Source: Octopus vulgaris
Lineage: Eukaryota
DNA: 64,000 bases
Assembly (NCBI GenBank): GCA_951406725.2
Contig: OX597819.1
Location: forward strand, 35,898,001-35,962,000
Reading direction: 5' to 3'
Positions 23,685 through 36,016 of the stretch are shown here, piece by piece. The number at the start of each line of letters is the position of its first letter. The first letter of the stretch is position 1. The position numbers and the translations under genes were made by a program. Below the pieces are notes generated by a model. It had not been told where the DNA came from and did no database searches. It worked only from the letters and a program-made list of their open reading frames with translations.

Positions 23685-23932
23685 CAAGAGTAATGATTAC
23701 AAGCAAACTAATGGAGAAAATTGGCTGCATCTTCTTTTTCTAAGTATGTTGTTCATTACCACTTTACCAGGAAGCTGGCAGAGATGATGTTTAACCTATT
23801 CCTTCTACAGCATTAATACAGTATATCATGTTTAAGAGCAACCATTTAGCCATACATGCAGACAGCTAACTCTCTCCTATTTCTGACTCATACATTTACT
23901 GATATCTTTCAATAAACTATAACACATATATA

Positions 23933-24232
23933 GTGAAGGAGCGTGGCTTAGTGGTTAAGGTATTTGGCTTATGAATGTAAGGTTGTGAGTTCAATTCCCA
24001 GTGACATGTTGTGTCTTTGAGCATTGCTCCAGTCCATTCAACTGGAAAAAAATGAGAAATACCTGTATTTCAAAGGGCCAGCTTTGTCACCCTCAGTGTC
24101 ATGCTGAATCTCCCTGAGAATTTTTACATTAAGGATTCACATGTTTGTGGAGTGCTCAGCCAGGTGCACATTAATTTCACCAGCACACTGTTCCATTGAT
24201 TGGATCAACTGGAACCCTTGTCATCATAATGC
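23933..24232 (+). mobile_element. tRNA-derived SINE, head H1 + tail T2 (old)
   Basis: TTGCTCCAGTCCA block shared with 21593; TACCTGTATTTCAAAGGGCCAGC...GGATCAACTGGAACCCT shared with 21981. Confidence 0.75.
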
Positions 24233-24434
24233 ATCCCTGCTGTTCTCTAACTCTCAGCCTATTCCATTATAATCTTAATCTCTTACATACAGTATCAAGT
24301 AATCATATTTGGCTTTATACAATTACAGCAAACTTTACACATCTGCATATTACTAACTTAATGATTATTTTTGTATCCAAATTAGCAACAAGTTTATTCC
24401 TGTATTTACCAGTATTATCACAATCTTTATTAAT

Positions 24435-24660
24435 CATCATCATCATCATCATCGTTAAACATCCGCTCTCCGTGCTAGCATGGGTTGGACGGTTCAGGGA
24501 AGCCAGAAGGCTGCACCAGGCCCAGTCTGATCTGGCTGTGTTTCTACAGCTGGATGCCCTTCCTAATGCCAACCACTCTGTGAGTGTAGTGGGTGCCAAA
24601 CGAGGCTGGCAAACGGCCATGATGGGATGGTTTTCTTACGTGCCATCGGCACTGGTATCA
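24435..24660 (-). mobile_element. RTE LINE 3' end (family C)
   Basis: (CAT)n plus conserved 3' end. Confidence 0.85.
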
Positions 24661-25221
24661 CAATGTTTATCATTTCTTCAATCCATGACTCTGTGAAATG
24701 TTAACCTTGTATACTGGGAACCCAATAATTTCCTTTCCTGAAATACTTTAATCAATTTGTTTATATTTTAAACCATATCATAAACTTTGTATTTTCAATT
24801 TAATCATTTTAATTATCTTAATTATTCCTGATAATATTAAATTATTTTAGTTGTTTAAAACGTTTTAACTAGTTTTAAAACTTGAACATAATTTTACAAA
24901 AACTATCCCCGAAACACTCTCTGAATCATTTCAAGAATATTAATTAAAACCTATCTTGTTAAATGCTGTAGAGCATTACATACACACCTCCCCTCCCCTC
25001 CGTCCATTCTTCTCCCAATGACATATTCTTCCTCCTGTCATTTTTCTTTCCTTTCCTCCTCTCCTCTTTTTTCATCTGCATCCCCATCCCCCCTCACTTC
25101 CACCAAATCAGCATTCCTTCTCCATGCCCTCCCCTTTCTCTTGTTCACCCCTCACACACACGTGTGTATCCTTGTTTCCTCTCTCAGTATTATTCTCCCG
25201 TTATCTCGCCATCCTTTTTTA

Positions 25222-25640
25222 CTTTTCGGTTTGAACGGCAGTTTTTAACATAATTTCTAGGTAAATTTTAAACTTCGTATACTGGTAAAATGTGTTTTTA
25301 AAACATCTTTTTCTCTTGGCTTTATTGAGAAAATTCTATAGTTTGTAAGATATTTGTTGTTTTTTTTCTTCAATTTCTGCAATTTCAACCAATCACTGAC
25401 ATCCATTGAGGTAAAAAACATTCTGTGCCATATGAATATGTCCCTCATTTAAGAAACAGATTGGGTTTATTTACATTTGTGAAGAAAAAAAAGATACCTT
25501 TCCCCCCACCCCTAACCCTAACTAACCCTAACCCTAAAACAGATTGAAATGCAATAGATCGATACTAGGGTCATAATTATGGGTGACAATTTCATATGAC
25601 ACCGCTAGAAAAAAAACTGCCGTTCAAACCGATAAGATCC
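25222..25640. mobile_element. Merlin-like MITE carrying (CCCTAA)n
   Basis: Highly similar to 50160-50575; TIR CTTTTCGGTTTGAACGGCAGTTTTT / AAAAACTGCCGTTCAAACCGATAAGATCC. Confidence 0.75.
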
Positions 25641-25972
25641 TCTAATGCCTCTCCCCTATTTTCTCTCAGTGTTACACTCTCTCTTCACATTACCTTCCAC
25701 TTTCCTCATTTTCCCATTTCCTTATCTTCTTCACTCTCACTTCTATCCTAGATTTACTTCTTCTTTCTCCCTTCCTTACCATCTCCGTTTCTGTCACTGT
25801 TATTCCATCAAATGTACTAATCTACATTCACTTAGTAACTGACCCTTCCTCTTCCTTTGCACACTATTTTTCTCTTCACAGATTTTGTCTCCTTTCAGGT
25901 GTGTGTGTGTGTGTGTGTGATTTTTTTTTCTCTATGAAGACAGCACAATTGTTGAAATGTGTTCGCTATGTT

Positions 25973-26200
25973 CTTTTATTCTTTTACTCTTTTACCTGTT
26001 TCACTCATTTGACTGCGGCCATTCTGGTGCACTACCTTCAGTCGAGCAAATCGACCCCAGGACTTATTCTTTGTAAGCCTAGTACTTATTCTTTTGGTCT
26101 CTTTAGCTGAACCGCTAAGTTACGGGGGACGTAAACACACCAGCATCGGTTGTCAAGCGATGTTGGGGGGACAAACACAAACACACAAACATATACACAT

Positions 26201-26241
<41 letters not shown>

Positions 26242-26406
26242 TATGATGGGCTTCTTTCAGTTTCTGTCTATCAAATCCACTCACAAGGCTTTGGTCCACC
26301 TGAGGCTATAGTAGAAGACACTTGCCCAAGGTGCCACGCAGTGGGAATGAACCCAGAACCATGTGGTTGGTAAGCAAGCTACTTACCACACAGCCACTCC
26401 CATGCC
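25973..26406 (-). mobile_element. SINE family A, full length
   Basis: Reverse complement of 3183-3620. Confidence 0.9.
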
Positions 26407-26652
26407 TATGTTGTAAAAAACAAAAAAACAATGAAATAAACATATCTGTTCAGCTTTTTAACATATACATACACACACACACATGCCCAAAATGAGGATT
26501 AGATAGATAGCCAACGACTGATGAAGGGTCCTTTCTCTGTGTTTACTTGTCCTGTTTCCCATTTTTTTCTCATGGTTTATGTATTGAACTTATTTGTTTA
26601 CATATTTCATGTTAATTGACCGTTGATGATGTCCTGTACCCATATATGGATG

Positions 26653-26710
<58 letters not shown>

Positions 26711-26712
<2 letters not shown>

Positions 26713-26856
26713 TCATCATCATCATCATCATCGTTTAACGTCTGCTTTCCATGCTAGCATGGGTTGGACGGTTCAACTGGGGTCTGGCAAGCCCGAAGGC
26801 TGCACCAGGCCAGTCAGATCTGGCAGTGTTTCTACAGCTGGATGCCCTTCCTAACG
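26711..26856 (-). mobile_element. RTE LINE 3' end (family C)
   Basis: (CAT)n plus conserved 3' end. Confidence 0.85.
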
Positions 26857-26877
26857 ATGATGATATATATATATATA

Positions 26878-27185
26878 TCATCATCATCATCATTGTTCGA
26901 CCGTGGTCGAGACAATGGAATTTACCATGCTACACCAGACTTCACGGTCCATCATGGCATTATGGAGGTCCTGTTGCTTGATGCCTGTATCCCTGGAGAT
27001 TACATCAGGGTAAGAGAGTGTGCGCCCTCTGGCATTGCGAGTAGATGGCTTCCAGAGGAGGAGAGTAGAAATTACCTTTTTTTCAGCTCTACCACAATGT
27101 CCAGCAAACTGGACTCTCCTACCTTTCACAAGAGATGACACAGGTGGTAGTTTCCCATATATTTGCATTTTGGTTGGATGGCGCT
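26878..27185 (-). mobile_element. Second RTE-like LINE family, ORF C-terminus
   Basis: RHPTKMQIYG...RRVQFAGHCGRAE...LLLWKP...GRTLSYPD...AMMDREVW; stop codon runs directly into a (TGA)n tail. Confidence 0.8.
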
Positions 27186-27204
27186 ATGCATATATGTTAT
27201 ATAT

Positions 27205-27249
<45 letters not shown>

Positions 27250-27317
27250 AAAGCGTGTGTGTGTTTGTCGGTGTCTGTGTGTCTGTGTATGTATGTATAT
27301 GCATACATATATATTAT

Positions 27318-27350
<33 letters not shown>

Positions 27351-27353
<3 letters not shown>

Positions 27354-27509
27354 GATGGCATTCTTTCAGTTTCTGTCTACCAAAATACACTCACAAGGCT
27401 TTGATCAGCCTGAGTAGAAGACACTTGCCCAAGGTGCCATGCAATGGGACTGAACCCAGAACCATGTAGTTGGGAAACAAACTTCTTACCACATAGCCAT
27501 CACTGCACC
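27351..27509 (-). mobile_element. SINE family A 5' half
   Basis: Reverse complement of head and CORE-like block. Confidence 0.75.
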
Positions 27510-27949
27510 TATGTTTAAAAAAAAATAAAGAGAGATTGTTGTAGAGTTATGTAGGAATAGCATTGCCAAAATCTTAATTGATATACAGAACTAATTATTA
27601 GAGGTAAATTTTCTCTACTCTTCTCAGCTAAATTTCAATAGCTGTCAGCTACATATTTATTTTCATTATTGTAGATGTTGCTTGTGAAGTTTATTGACAA
27701 ATAGAAATAATAACAGAGATTGAGATCAAAACACAGAGTTCATAAAAATTACTGCAGAATTTTCAATAATGTCTTATGTGATGCTTGTATCAATTTCCTG
27801 TTTTTTTTTTTGTTTTTTTTTTATTAATATGTGGACTGTCATTAGCTTCTTCAGAAGACTTTGATACAAACACATGCATTTATACACATACATACAATAC
27901 ATAAATATATGTACACACACACACACACACATATACATATACATACATA

Positions 27950-27980
<31 letters not shown>

Positions 27981-28001
27981 CATAAATACATACATAATAC
28001 A

Positions 28002-28037
<36 letters not shown>

Positions 28038-28067
28038 CATATACATATACATATACGTCTACGTATA

Positions 28068-28924
28068 CAAGGTGCGGTGAATATATTTTCGTCTAAGTTA
28101 CACAAAAATGAAAATAACACTGACATCTTATTTTAACAGATATATTTACCAAAAATTACATAAACATATCTAGAAATACTAAAATATTAATTTATTCAAT
28201 AAAATCGTCATTGGCTTCAACCACACCCTGCAGATGGCTTTGGAATCTCCTGCAACTCTTCTGGATGGTCTCCTTATTTAAGTTGGTGAATGCTGCCATA
28301 ATCCTTGCCTTCAGTTCATCTTTAGTGTTACAAAGAGTTTTGTTGGTCTCTCGCCCAACTGCGCTCCACACATTATAATTAAGGGAGTTAGGTGGCCAGA
28401 TGTTAAGGATGGTGTGGTTGCAGATATTGTCTGACAGCCTTGACTAGGTTCTCCTGCTTGTGTGGCAAGGTGCAGAGTCCTGTTGCAAAAAATAGGGTCT
28501 TCCAGCAGCCACTCTCTTGAGCCAGGGCAGTACTACCTTCTCCGGGTACTTGACGTAGACCTCCATGTTGAGTTTGAGGTTGCGTGGGAAGATAAATGGA
28601 GGCATAACGTTGCCATCACTAGTGATCACTCCAAACACCATGATATTGACTGGATGTTCGGTTTTTTTATCACTCTGGGTACATGTCCTCATATTGACAG
28701 CCAAAGACTCTGAAATGTTTGGATTGGAGCTTCCAGCACAAATGCCAAGGGGTACAGTATGTCATTTCCAAATTTCTGGCAGAGTGAATTGTGTCATGGT
28801 GCTGTTTTTCTCACAGACAGTGCCCAACTGACCCTACTATACTGTGTAGTTTGCAAAATCAAAAACAATGTGCATGTACAAAATTAAAGATATAAAATGG
28901 TGGCAATTTACCCATTGCACCCTG
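28068..28924 (-). mobile_element. Internally deleted Tc1/mariner element, maT (DD37D)-like transposase pseudogene
   Basis: IMVFGVITSDG...FLQQDSAPCHT...WPPNS...VVEANDDFIE; imperfect TIRs CAAGGTGCGGTGAA / TTTACCCATTGCACCCTG. Confidence 0.8.
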
Positions 28925-28950
28925 TTATTATCATCTATTTATGCATTTCA

Positions 28951-29012
<62 letters not shown>

Positions 29013-29196
29013 ACAAAATGAGGAAAAGAAATCCTTCGAAGGAGTGTGTTAAACATTCAATTCACTGGTACTTCAGTTGTATATTAAATAAATATTGGTG
29101 TAATTCAATAATAAAGATAAATTAAATATAGAGATATACTATTGACAATCCAATAATTTATTTATATTACAATATTACATTTAATACTATGAATAT

Positions 29197-29465
29197 AACA
29201 TAACATAATATTATATAACAAATAATTATAAAAACCATAAAAGGCCAACAATTTGTTTTGACTTATATATATTTTTTCTGATATACATAATCACAGCCAT
29301 CCTTTTACATGGAATTTCATCTTTTTCTAAACCATGACCCTGAAGTAACTTTATATATAAGGGAACTGTGATTATGTATATCAAAAAAAAATATATATAA
29401 GTCAAAGCAATTTGTTGGCCTTTTATGGTTTTAATAATTATTTATGTTATATAATGTTATGTTGT
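29197..29465. repeat. AT-rich fold-back (about 100-bp arms)
   Basis: AAAACCATAAAAGGCCAACAA...TGATATACATAATCACAG inverted at about 29366-29465. Confidence 0.8.
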
Positions 29466-29609
29466 GCTTACCTTGGATCATAGGGCGACCTGCTGTGCTT
29501 GAGGAGACCTATTGAGTCAAGTACATCAACATCAAAATAAAAATCAAATGGAAATTGTAGTTGTGATACCCATATTGGTGGCATGTAAAAAGCACCATCC
29601 AAACGTGCT

Positions 29610-30560
29610 GTGAGCTGAACATTCTCTTGTTTGATGCAATAGGCACAGGTTTGCAACATGGTGACATTCTCATCACAAAGGCTTGTCCATAGAATTTTCA
29701 GAAGAATGGTGTGTTGGTGAACAAGGTTCAATGCATCAGTGACCATGGCAACTATAGATCCATTTACTTGGAGGACAAGATCCAAAAAGTGGTTACAAAA
29801 TACATATCAGGAAACATGTCTTTTAATCTCTTTTGTATGCCTGAAATGTTTCTGCTCATGATATGTGCATCATCAAAGGCAAAAACAGCAAAATTTTGAG
29901 CCCAATCCAGAATAACCTTAGTCAGTTTCTCCAAAGTGTTGTCAGTAGTGTTAGAAAAGCTGAGAAAATCTTTGTGGACATCCTGGTTTTCAGAAACATA
30001 ACACCAATAACTGATTCTTGCTCCATGCCAGAGCAATCACATATAACATGGAATCTTCAACAATTCTCCTGATCTCATGTAGGGTGTTATGAGTATACAC
30101 CTCTAGAATTTCATTTTGTATGGTATCAAATAGGAAATTAACTCGTCATTTAAGCTACCGACTTATTTCTGCACCATGTTTTCTGGCAAGTTCTGTTATT
30201 AGATTTACAAAGTTCCTCATGCTGTGTATTAGCTTTCTCTTTGAAGATGGAACTAGTAACGTCTTTTACCTTTTATTAAGGATATTCCTTGATCCTTCAA
30301 TGCTGGAACTGTGAACTACTATATCTTTTACTAAGAATTTCCTTAATTCTCTGATCATAAAAGTGCTAACTACTATTATCCTTCACTAAGTATGTTCTTT
30401 AATTCTTTGATGAACTGGTAATTACTAATATCCCTTATCAAAGATATTCCTTAATTTTTTCTTCTCTGAAGACAGTATAGTTGGCTTACATGGAAATCTT
30501 GGCTCAATGCTTCTAGAAACAACTGTAGAGACTTTACGTATTATTTTTCAATCCCTTATT
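29610..30560 (-). pseudogene. Old hAT (ZMYM1/THAP12-like) transposase remnant
   Basis: FDDAHIMSRNISGIQKRLKDMFPDMYFV resembles the hAT DGAxxMSGxxxGVQ...PxAxYVHC motif; many stops. Confidence 0.5.
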
Positions 30561-30769
30561 TACTCTAACAGCTCTGCAATTATGTTTCAATTATAAATTA
30601 CACCCTCTAAGGTGATACTGCATGTTTTACTTGTTCATCTCTCTTTCTAATATATATCTAGCTGTTCAATGATGAACCACTTATAGCCATCTTCAATAGA
30701 TAGCTTCACCAACACCTTTGTTTCAGCTTTTATCTTTTATGATTAACTTTTCATACAGAAACTTCGTTC

Positions 30770-30967
30770 CCTTCTTAACACTACAAGAACTGGAGATTGT
30801 TTTAGTTGAAGAATGGAGAAAAATTCCTTTGGAAACAATTCAAACTTTGTACAAGTCCATACCTCATAGAATTCAAGCTGTAATTACTACCAAAGGTGGT
30901 CCTACTCCATATTAAAATATATTTGTTTGAAATTTTTAGGTGTTTCCATTATTTTGTTCAACCCCTG
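30770..30967 (+). mobile_element. Tc1-type transposase C-terminus and 3' TIR
   Basis: LQELEIVLVEEWRKIPLETIQTLYKSIPHRIQAVITTKGGPTPY*; ends TTTTGTTCAACCCCTG. Confidence 0.85.
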
Positions 30968-31065
30968 TGTATATATATATATATTCATTTATATATATAT
31001 ATATGCATACATATATATGTGTAGGTATGTATTGATGTGAGTATGTATGTATATACATGTATATA

Positions 31066-31230
31066 TCATCATCATCATCATCATCATTTAATGTCCATTT
31101 TCTGAGCTGACATGGGTTGGATGGTTTGACAGGAGCCAACCAGCTGAAGGGTTGTTCAGGTTTCATGTCTGTTTTGGCATGGTTTCTACAGCTGGATGCC
31201 CTTTCTAACATCAACCAATTTACAGGGGAT
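31066..31230 (-). mobile_element. RTE LINE 3' end (family C)
   Basis: (CAT)n plus GTTTCTACAGCTGGATGCCC. Confidence 0.75.
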
Positions 31231-31305
31231 AATGTATGTATATATGTATATTTATAAATATATATTCATATATATATGTATATGTATATTTATATATATT
31301 CATAT

Positions 31306-31336
<31 letters not shown>

Positions 31337-31356
31337 TATGTATATGAATATATATA

Positions 31357-31428
<72 letters not shown>

Positions 31429-31740
31429 TGCATACATAGATACATGCATACATGTATACATGAATACATACCTACATGCAGACAGACTTATAGGCAGACA
31501 GATAGATAGATAGATAGATCAGGCAGGTTTTGCTTCCTAACCATGTTTTCAACTTTAGCCTCAGGCCAACAAAAGTATTGTGAGTGAATTTCATCGACAG
31601 AAACTGAAAGAACCTTCATTGTTCGAATGATTATAATGATGATTATGTATATGACACTTTTGTCAGGAATTTGAAAACCCTGTGGTAATATCCCATCTTT
31701 GTATATATGAATATATTCTACTATTTCTGGTCAGTATGTG

Positions 31741-32058
31741 GCCGTAGGAGTGGCTGTGTGGTAAGTAGCTTGCTTACAAACCACATGGTTCCGGGTTCAG
31801 TCCCACTGCATGGCATTTTGGGCAAGTGTCTTCTACTATAGCCTCTGGCCAACCAAAGCGTTGTGAGTGGATTTGGTATATGTATATATATATGTGTGTG
31901 TGTGTGTGTTTGTGCGTCTGTGTTTGTCCCCCAACATCGCTTGATAACCGATGCAGCAAAAGAGACCGATAGAATAAGTACTAGGCTTACAAAGAATAAG
32001 TTCTGGGGTCCAGCATGGCCACAGTCAAATGACTGAAACAAGTAGATGAGTAGAAGAG
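31741..32058 (+). mobile_element. SINE family A with internal deletions
   Basis: Collinear with 3183-3620. Confidence 0.85.
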
Positions 32059-32065
32059 TATGTTT

Positions 32066-32320
32066 TCATTTAAGAGAAATTGGGTTGGTTACTATTTCTG
32101 GCAAATTAACTGACCACATACAGGTTCCCTCGCTGTGCTGTATAGCAGGCAGGATGTTTTATTCAGTGATTTGGTTGGCCTGTTTGTTGAGAATAGTTGC
32201 AAGAGCAGGTGAGAGGGTTCCCTATGAGAAATTAGTGAAGATTTATCTTGTATTTGATTTGATTAATCTTACAGAAACTCGAGTTGTGTTGGCTCAATGG
32301 ATCCCTAGAGTAGTATCTTT
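32066..32320. repeat. Unclassified interspersed repeat, second copy at 39765-40036
   Basis: Shared TTAACTGACCACATA, TTAATCTTACAGAAAC and CTCAATGGATCCCT blocks. Confidence 0.6.
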
Positions 32321-32554
32321 TCCTACTGATTTATTCAGTATAATTAGACCTTGAACTTTCATTTTCTGCATATAAAATGAACTGCTGTTGGAGCATGTCT
32401 TTAATGGTAAATTGGCATTCACTTCTACAGTTGACTCTTTCATTATAGATGATTTCTGTAGCAGCAGACTTGAATGTTGAACATGTCCAGTAAAAATCTA
32501 TGGAAAAACAGCATGGAAAAGTAGATGTTAAAACAATGATAATGATAATTATCA

Positions 32555-32790
32555 TCATCATCATCGTGAATTAACATCTGATTTCCCTACTGGCATGGGT
32601 TAGATGGTTTTACTGGAACTTGTAAGCTGGAGAGCTGTACCAGGTTCCAGTCTGATTTGGCTTGGTTTCTATGACTGGATGCCCTTCTTAATGCCAACCA
32701 CTCCAAGAGTGTAATAGTTTCTTTTTATGAGTCACCGACACTAGCCACAACTATGATTGCCCTTTGCTTGATGAGTCTTCTCAAGTACAA
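32555..32790 (-). mobile_element. RTE LINE 3' end (family C)
   Basis: (CAT)n plus conserved 3' end. Confidence 0.7.
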
Positions 32791-33601
32791 GAAACATGTA
32801 GAAAGTCCAGGACAACTACCCAGCATACCTTTCACTGAGATAGAGATGATCTGCAGCACAATTCTTTGCTACTTCTAGCAATACAAACAACTACATAGAG
32901 GCTTCTTAACTGGCTTGAAAAAACCATAAGGTTGCATGAAGTAGTAAGCTTAGGGTACTGAAGCAGAGTGTGTTGAACATTATAATAAAGTTAGAAAACA
33001 AATAAAAAAAAGTAACTTTAGCATTGTTCACCGTTGGAGGTGATGTGATATATTAATGAGCAAATTAAATAAAGAGCTGGTAAATTGTGGAGCGGTGTAC
33101 AAACTGGATAATGAATGGAATTGTCATGAAGGTTGGCACCCTGCCAATTTTTAACCTGTTGCAAATGACTCACAGACTATTTATTCTCTATTGGAATGCC
33201 ACTTGGTTTGTATTTGGTGATTGGTCCACATGACAACCTGGAAATATTTAAGAGATACATTTAGTGTTTCTTCTCTCTCTCTCACACACACACACATACA
33301 CATGCATATAAGTATACGCATATGTGTATATATATATTTATATATATATACACACATACACACACACACATATGTATTTATACATAAGAAGTATTATTAT
33401 CTAGAAGACCCAAAGAGTGGCAGGTAATGCTAAGTAAGTGCTATGGACAGATTGTAATTAAACCCTTGGTTCGATAGTGATATGAGAAGGAGTCTAATGT
33501 GGGTCTTGAATTAGCATGCATATATATATATATTAGACAAAATGAAATAACAAAGCTAAGGCTGTAAGGAGTTTTCAGGACATTTATAAGATATAGATAT
33601 A

Positions 33602-33649
33602 GTCTTACAGCTGTTTCTGGGATATTATGGATATCCCTTCGTCAGAGAC
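33602..33649 (-). ncRNA. Minimal type I hammerhead ribozyme motif
   Basis: GUCU CUGACGA A GGGAUAU ccaua AUAUCCC A GAAA CAGCUG UA AGAC: full core, stems I and II, palindromic stem III ACAGCUGU, GUA cleavage triplet. Confidence 0.75.
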
Positions 33650-34598
33650 AATGTGAGATGGTCAAATAGAGGCAGATATTTGAGTTTGAAATGAGGAATT
33701 ATTATGGAAAAGGAGGAGATAGGGAAAATAGAGGGAAATAAGAGAATGGAAGTAGAAATATAATACAAAATATATAAAGATATTGTAGTTGTAGTTCCAT
33801 TATTCGAGTAAAGTGGTGTATAGAAGTGGTAAAAATGTTTCTTGTACATGGTAAGTTTCAGTAGTAGTTCATGTTTAGTCATTTCAAAGTATGGAGCCAT
33901 AGATTCAGATGTTGTTCATTCAAAAGGGTCTTGTGGTGTGAATAAAAGTTTGAGAATGTATTGGTAGTATTTGTGGATAGATCGGGGAGGGGAGAGATGT
34001 GTATGATTAGAATGAGGAGATAGGTCAAAGTGAAAACATGAAGACAAAATGAGACAAAGAAAGAGAGAAAAAAGAAGAGAGAGAAAAAAGATAAAAAAGA
34101 GAGAAAAAGATGAAAAGAATGAAGAAAAAAATGAAGGGTGAAAGAAGTGAGAAAATTAGTGTTAGTTGGTGGTCAAGATGATGTGAGGGGAGGATGGGAG
34201 AGGAGTGGGGGAAGGGATAGGAAGAGATGAGAAGGTAAAGAGTGAATGAAGTGTGAGATATGTGAGTAGGGATGATGTAATACAGCTGCATTAAGGGATG
34301 GGTAGAGAAAAGGTATGGGTGGGGTTTTAGTAGTAAAATTTAAAGTGGAGGAAAGAATACAAGGATGTCAAATTTCTATAAATAGACGTATGTGATTGTA
34401 TATGTTAATGTGATAGGAAAAAAGGGGAGGAAAAAAGGTATAATGACATACGTATGCACGCACACATGTGCATATACATGTGTACATATGCATACATATG
34501 TATATACACACACACATACACATATATATATACATACGCATATACATACACATACATATATACACATGCATGCTATCTCATATATACCATCTCACATC

Positions 34599-34646
34599 AT
34601 CTCTGATGAAAGGATAGCCACAATATCCTAGAAACAGCTGTAAATG
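34599..34646 (+). ncRNA. Hammerhead ribozyme motif (first of tandem pair)
   Basis: CUGAUGA A AGGAUA gccacaa UAUCCU A GAAA CAGCUG UA; 3' strand of stem I disrupted. Confidence 0.55.
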
Positions 34647-34810
34647 TGTTAATATGCATATACATGTGTACATATGCATGTGCATATACATGTGTACATA
34701 TGCATACATATGTATATACACACACATATACACATATATATATACATACGCATATACATACACATACATATATACACATGCATGCTATCTCATATATACC
34801 ATCTCACATC

Positions 34811-34858
34811 ATCTCTGATGAAAGGATAACCACAATATCCTAGAAACAGCTGTAAAAC
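34811..34858 (+). ncRNA. Hammerhead ribozyme motif (second of tandem pair)
   Basis: Same motif 212 nt downstream, part of a tandem duplication of about 34447-34855; stem I imperfect. Confidence 0.55.
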
Positions 34859-34985
34859 TATATCTGTATCTTTTTCCTTATAAATCTCCTGAAAACTCCT
34901 CATAGCTTTAGCTTTGTTTTCTCATTTTGTCTAATATATACACACACATATTTATGTATGTATGTATGTATGTGTGTATGTATAA

Positions 34986-35397
34986 GGCGCAGGAGTGGCT
35001 GTGTGGTAAGTAGCTTGCTTACGAACCACATTGTTCCGGGTTCAGTCCTACTGCATGGCATCTTGGGCAAGTGTCTTCTACTATAGCTTCGGGCCGACCA
35101 ATGCCTTGTGAGTGGATTTGGTAGACGGAAACTGAAAGAAGCCAGTCGTATATATGTATATATGTATATATATGTGTATGTGTGTCTGTGTTTGTCCCCC
35201 TACCATTGCTTGATAACCGATGCTGGTGTGTTTATGTCCCCGTCACTTAGCGGTTCGGCTAAAGAGACTGATAGAATAAGTACTGGGCTTACAAAGAATA
35301 AGTCCCGGGGTCAATTTGCTCGACTAAAGGCAGTGCTCCAGCATGGCCACAGTCAAATGACTGAAACAAGTAAAAGAGTAAAAGAGTAAAAGAGAGT
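34986..35397 (+). mobile_element. SINE family A, full length
   Basis: Matches 3183-3620. Confidence 0.9.
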
Positions 35398-36016
35398 ATA
35401 TAAATATATATGAACGCACATATACACATACATATGTGTATATCATCATCATCATTTATGTCCACTCTCCATGCTAGCATGGGTTAGAGGAGTTTGCTCA
35501 TCTAGATGGGCTGAGGGGACCTCATCTCATTCATATATAATTTTTGTCATGGTTTCTACAGCTGAATACCTTTCCTAACAACATCCATTTTACAAAGTGC
35601 AGTGACCTCCATTTTGTGGCACCAGCACTAGTGAATTTCTTTATCCTCACAGCCTCATATTTTACTAAGTGTATTGGGTGTGATTTTGTTAGGTCTGTCA
35701 CCCTCAGTAATTTATCTTCTAGAAATTCTCAATTGTCCTCTTCTACCTTGTCATATATCCTAATAAATACATCTCTATGTTGCAGGTTGTTTGCTCTTTC
35801 AGTTTAATGCCCTTCTGCCCTAGGTTATCTTTTGTCTTTGTGTCTTTGACTTACTTTGAAGTCATTAATCACTAGTCTATGCAGGGTAGTGAACTCTTCA
35901 GTGGCACGAACTTAGCATTCACAACAAAGTGTCTGTCCCTTTTTCTGGTGGGATAGAGTCTAGCTTTTGTGTTCAGCCAGTTGGTCTGTGATTAGTTGGT
36001 TAACTAATTTCTTAAA

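Larger units (their letters stand above)
33531..34936. mobile_element. Penelope-like or retrozyme-like element (family H1) with inverted terminal arms, each carrying a hammerhead motif
   Basis: Arms about 33531-33662 and 34798-34936 are inverted; left end abuts (TA)n; purine-rich interior; same family at 43423-43835. Confidence 0.7.

Noticed and set aside
25509-25536. Telomere or chromosome end
   Set aside because: Only a few CCCTAA units, internal to a MITE present twice
33840-33960. GIY-YIG endonuclease C-terminus in family H1 (minus strand FYSHHKTLLNE)
   Set aside because: Too short and degenerate to call by eye; needs an HMM search on the family consensus
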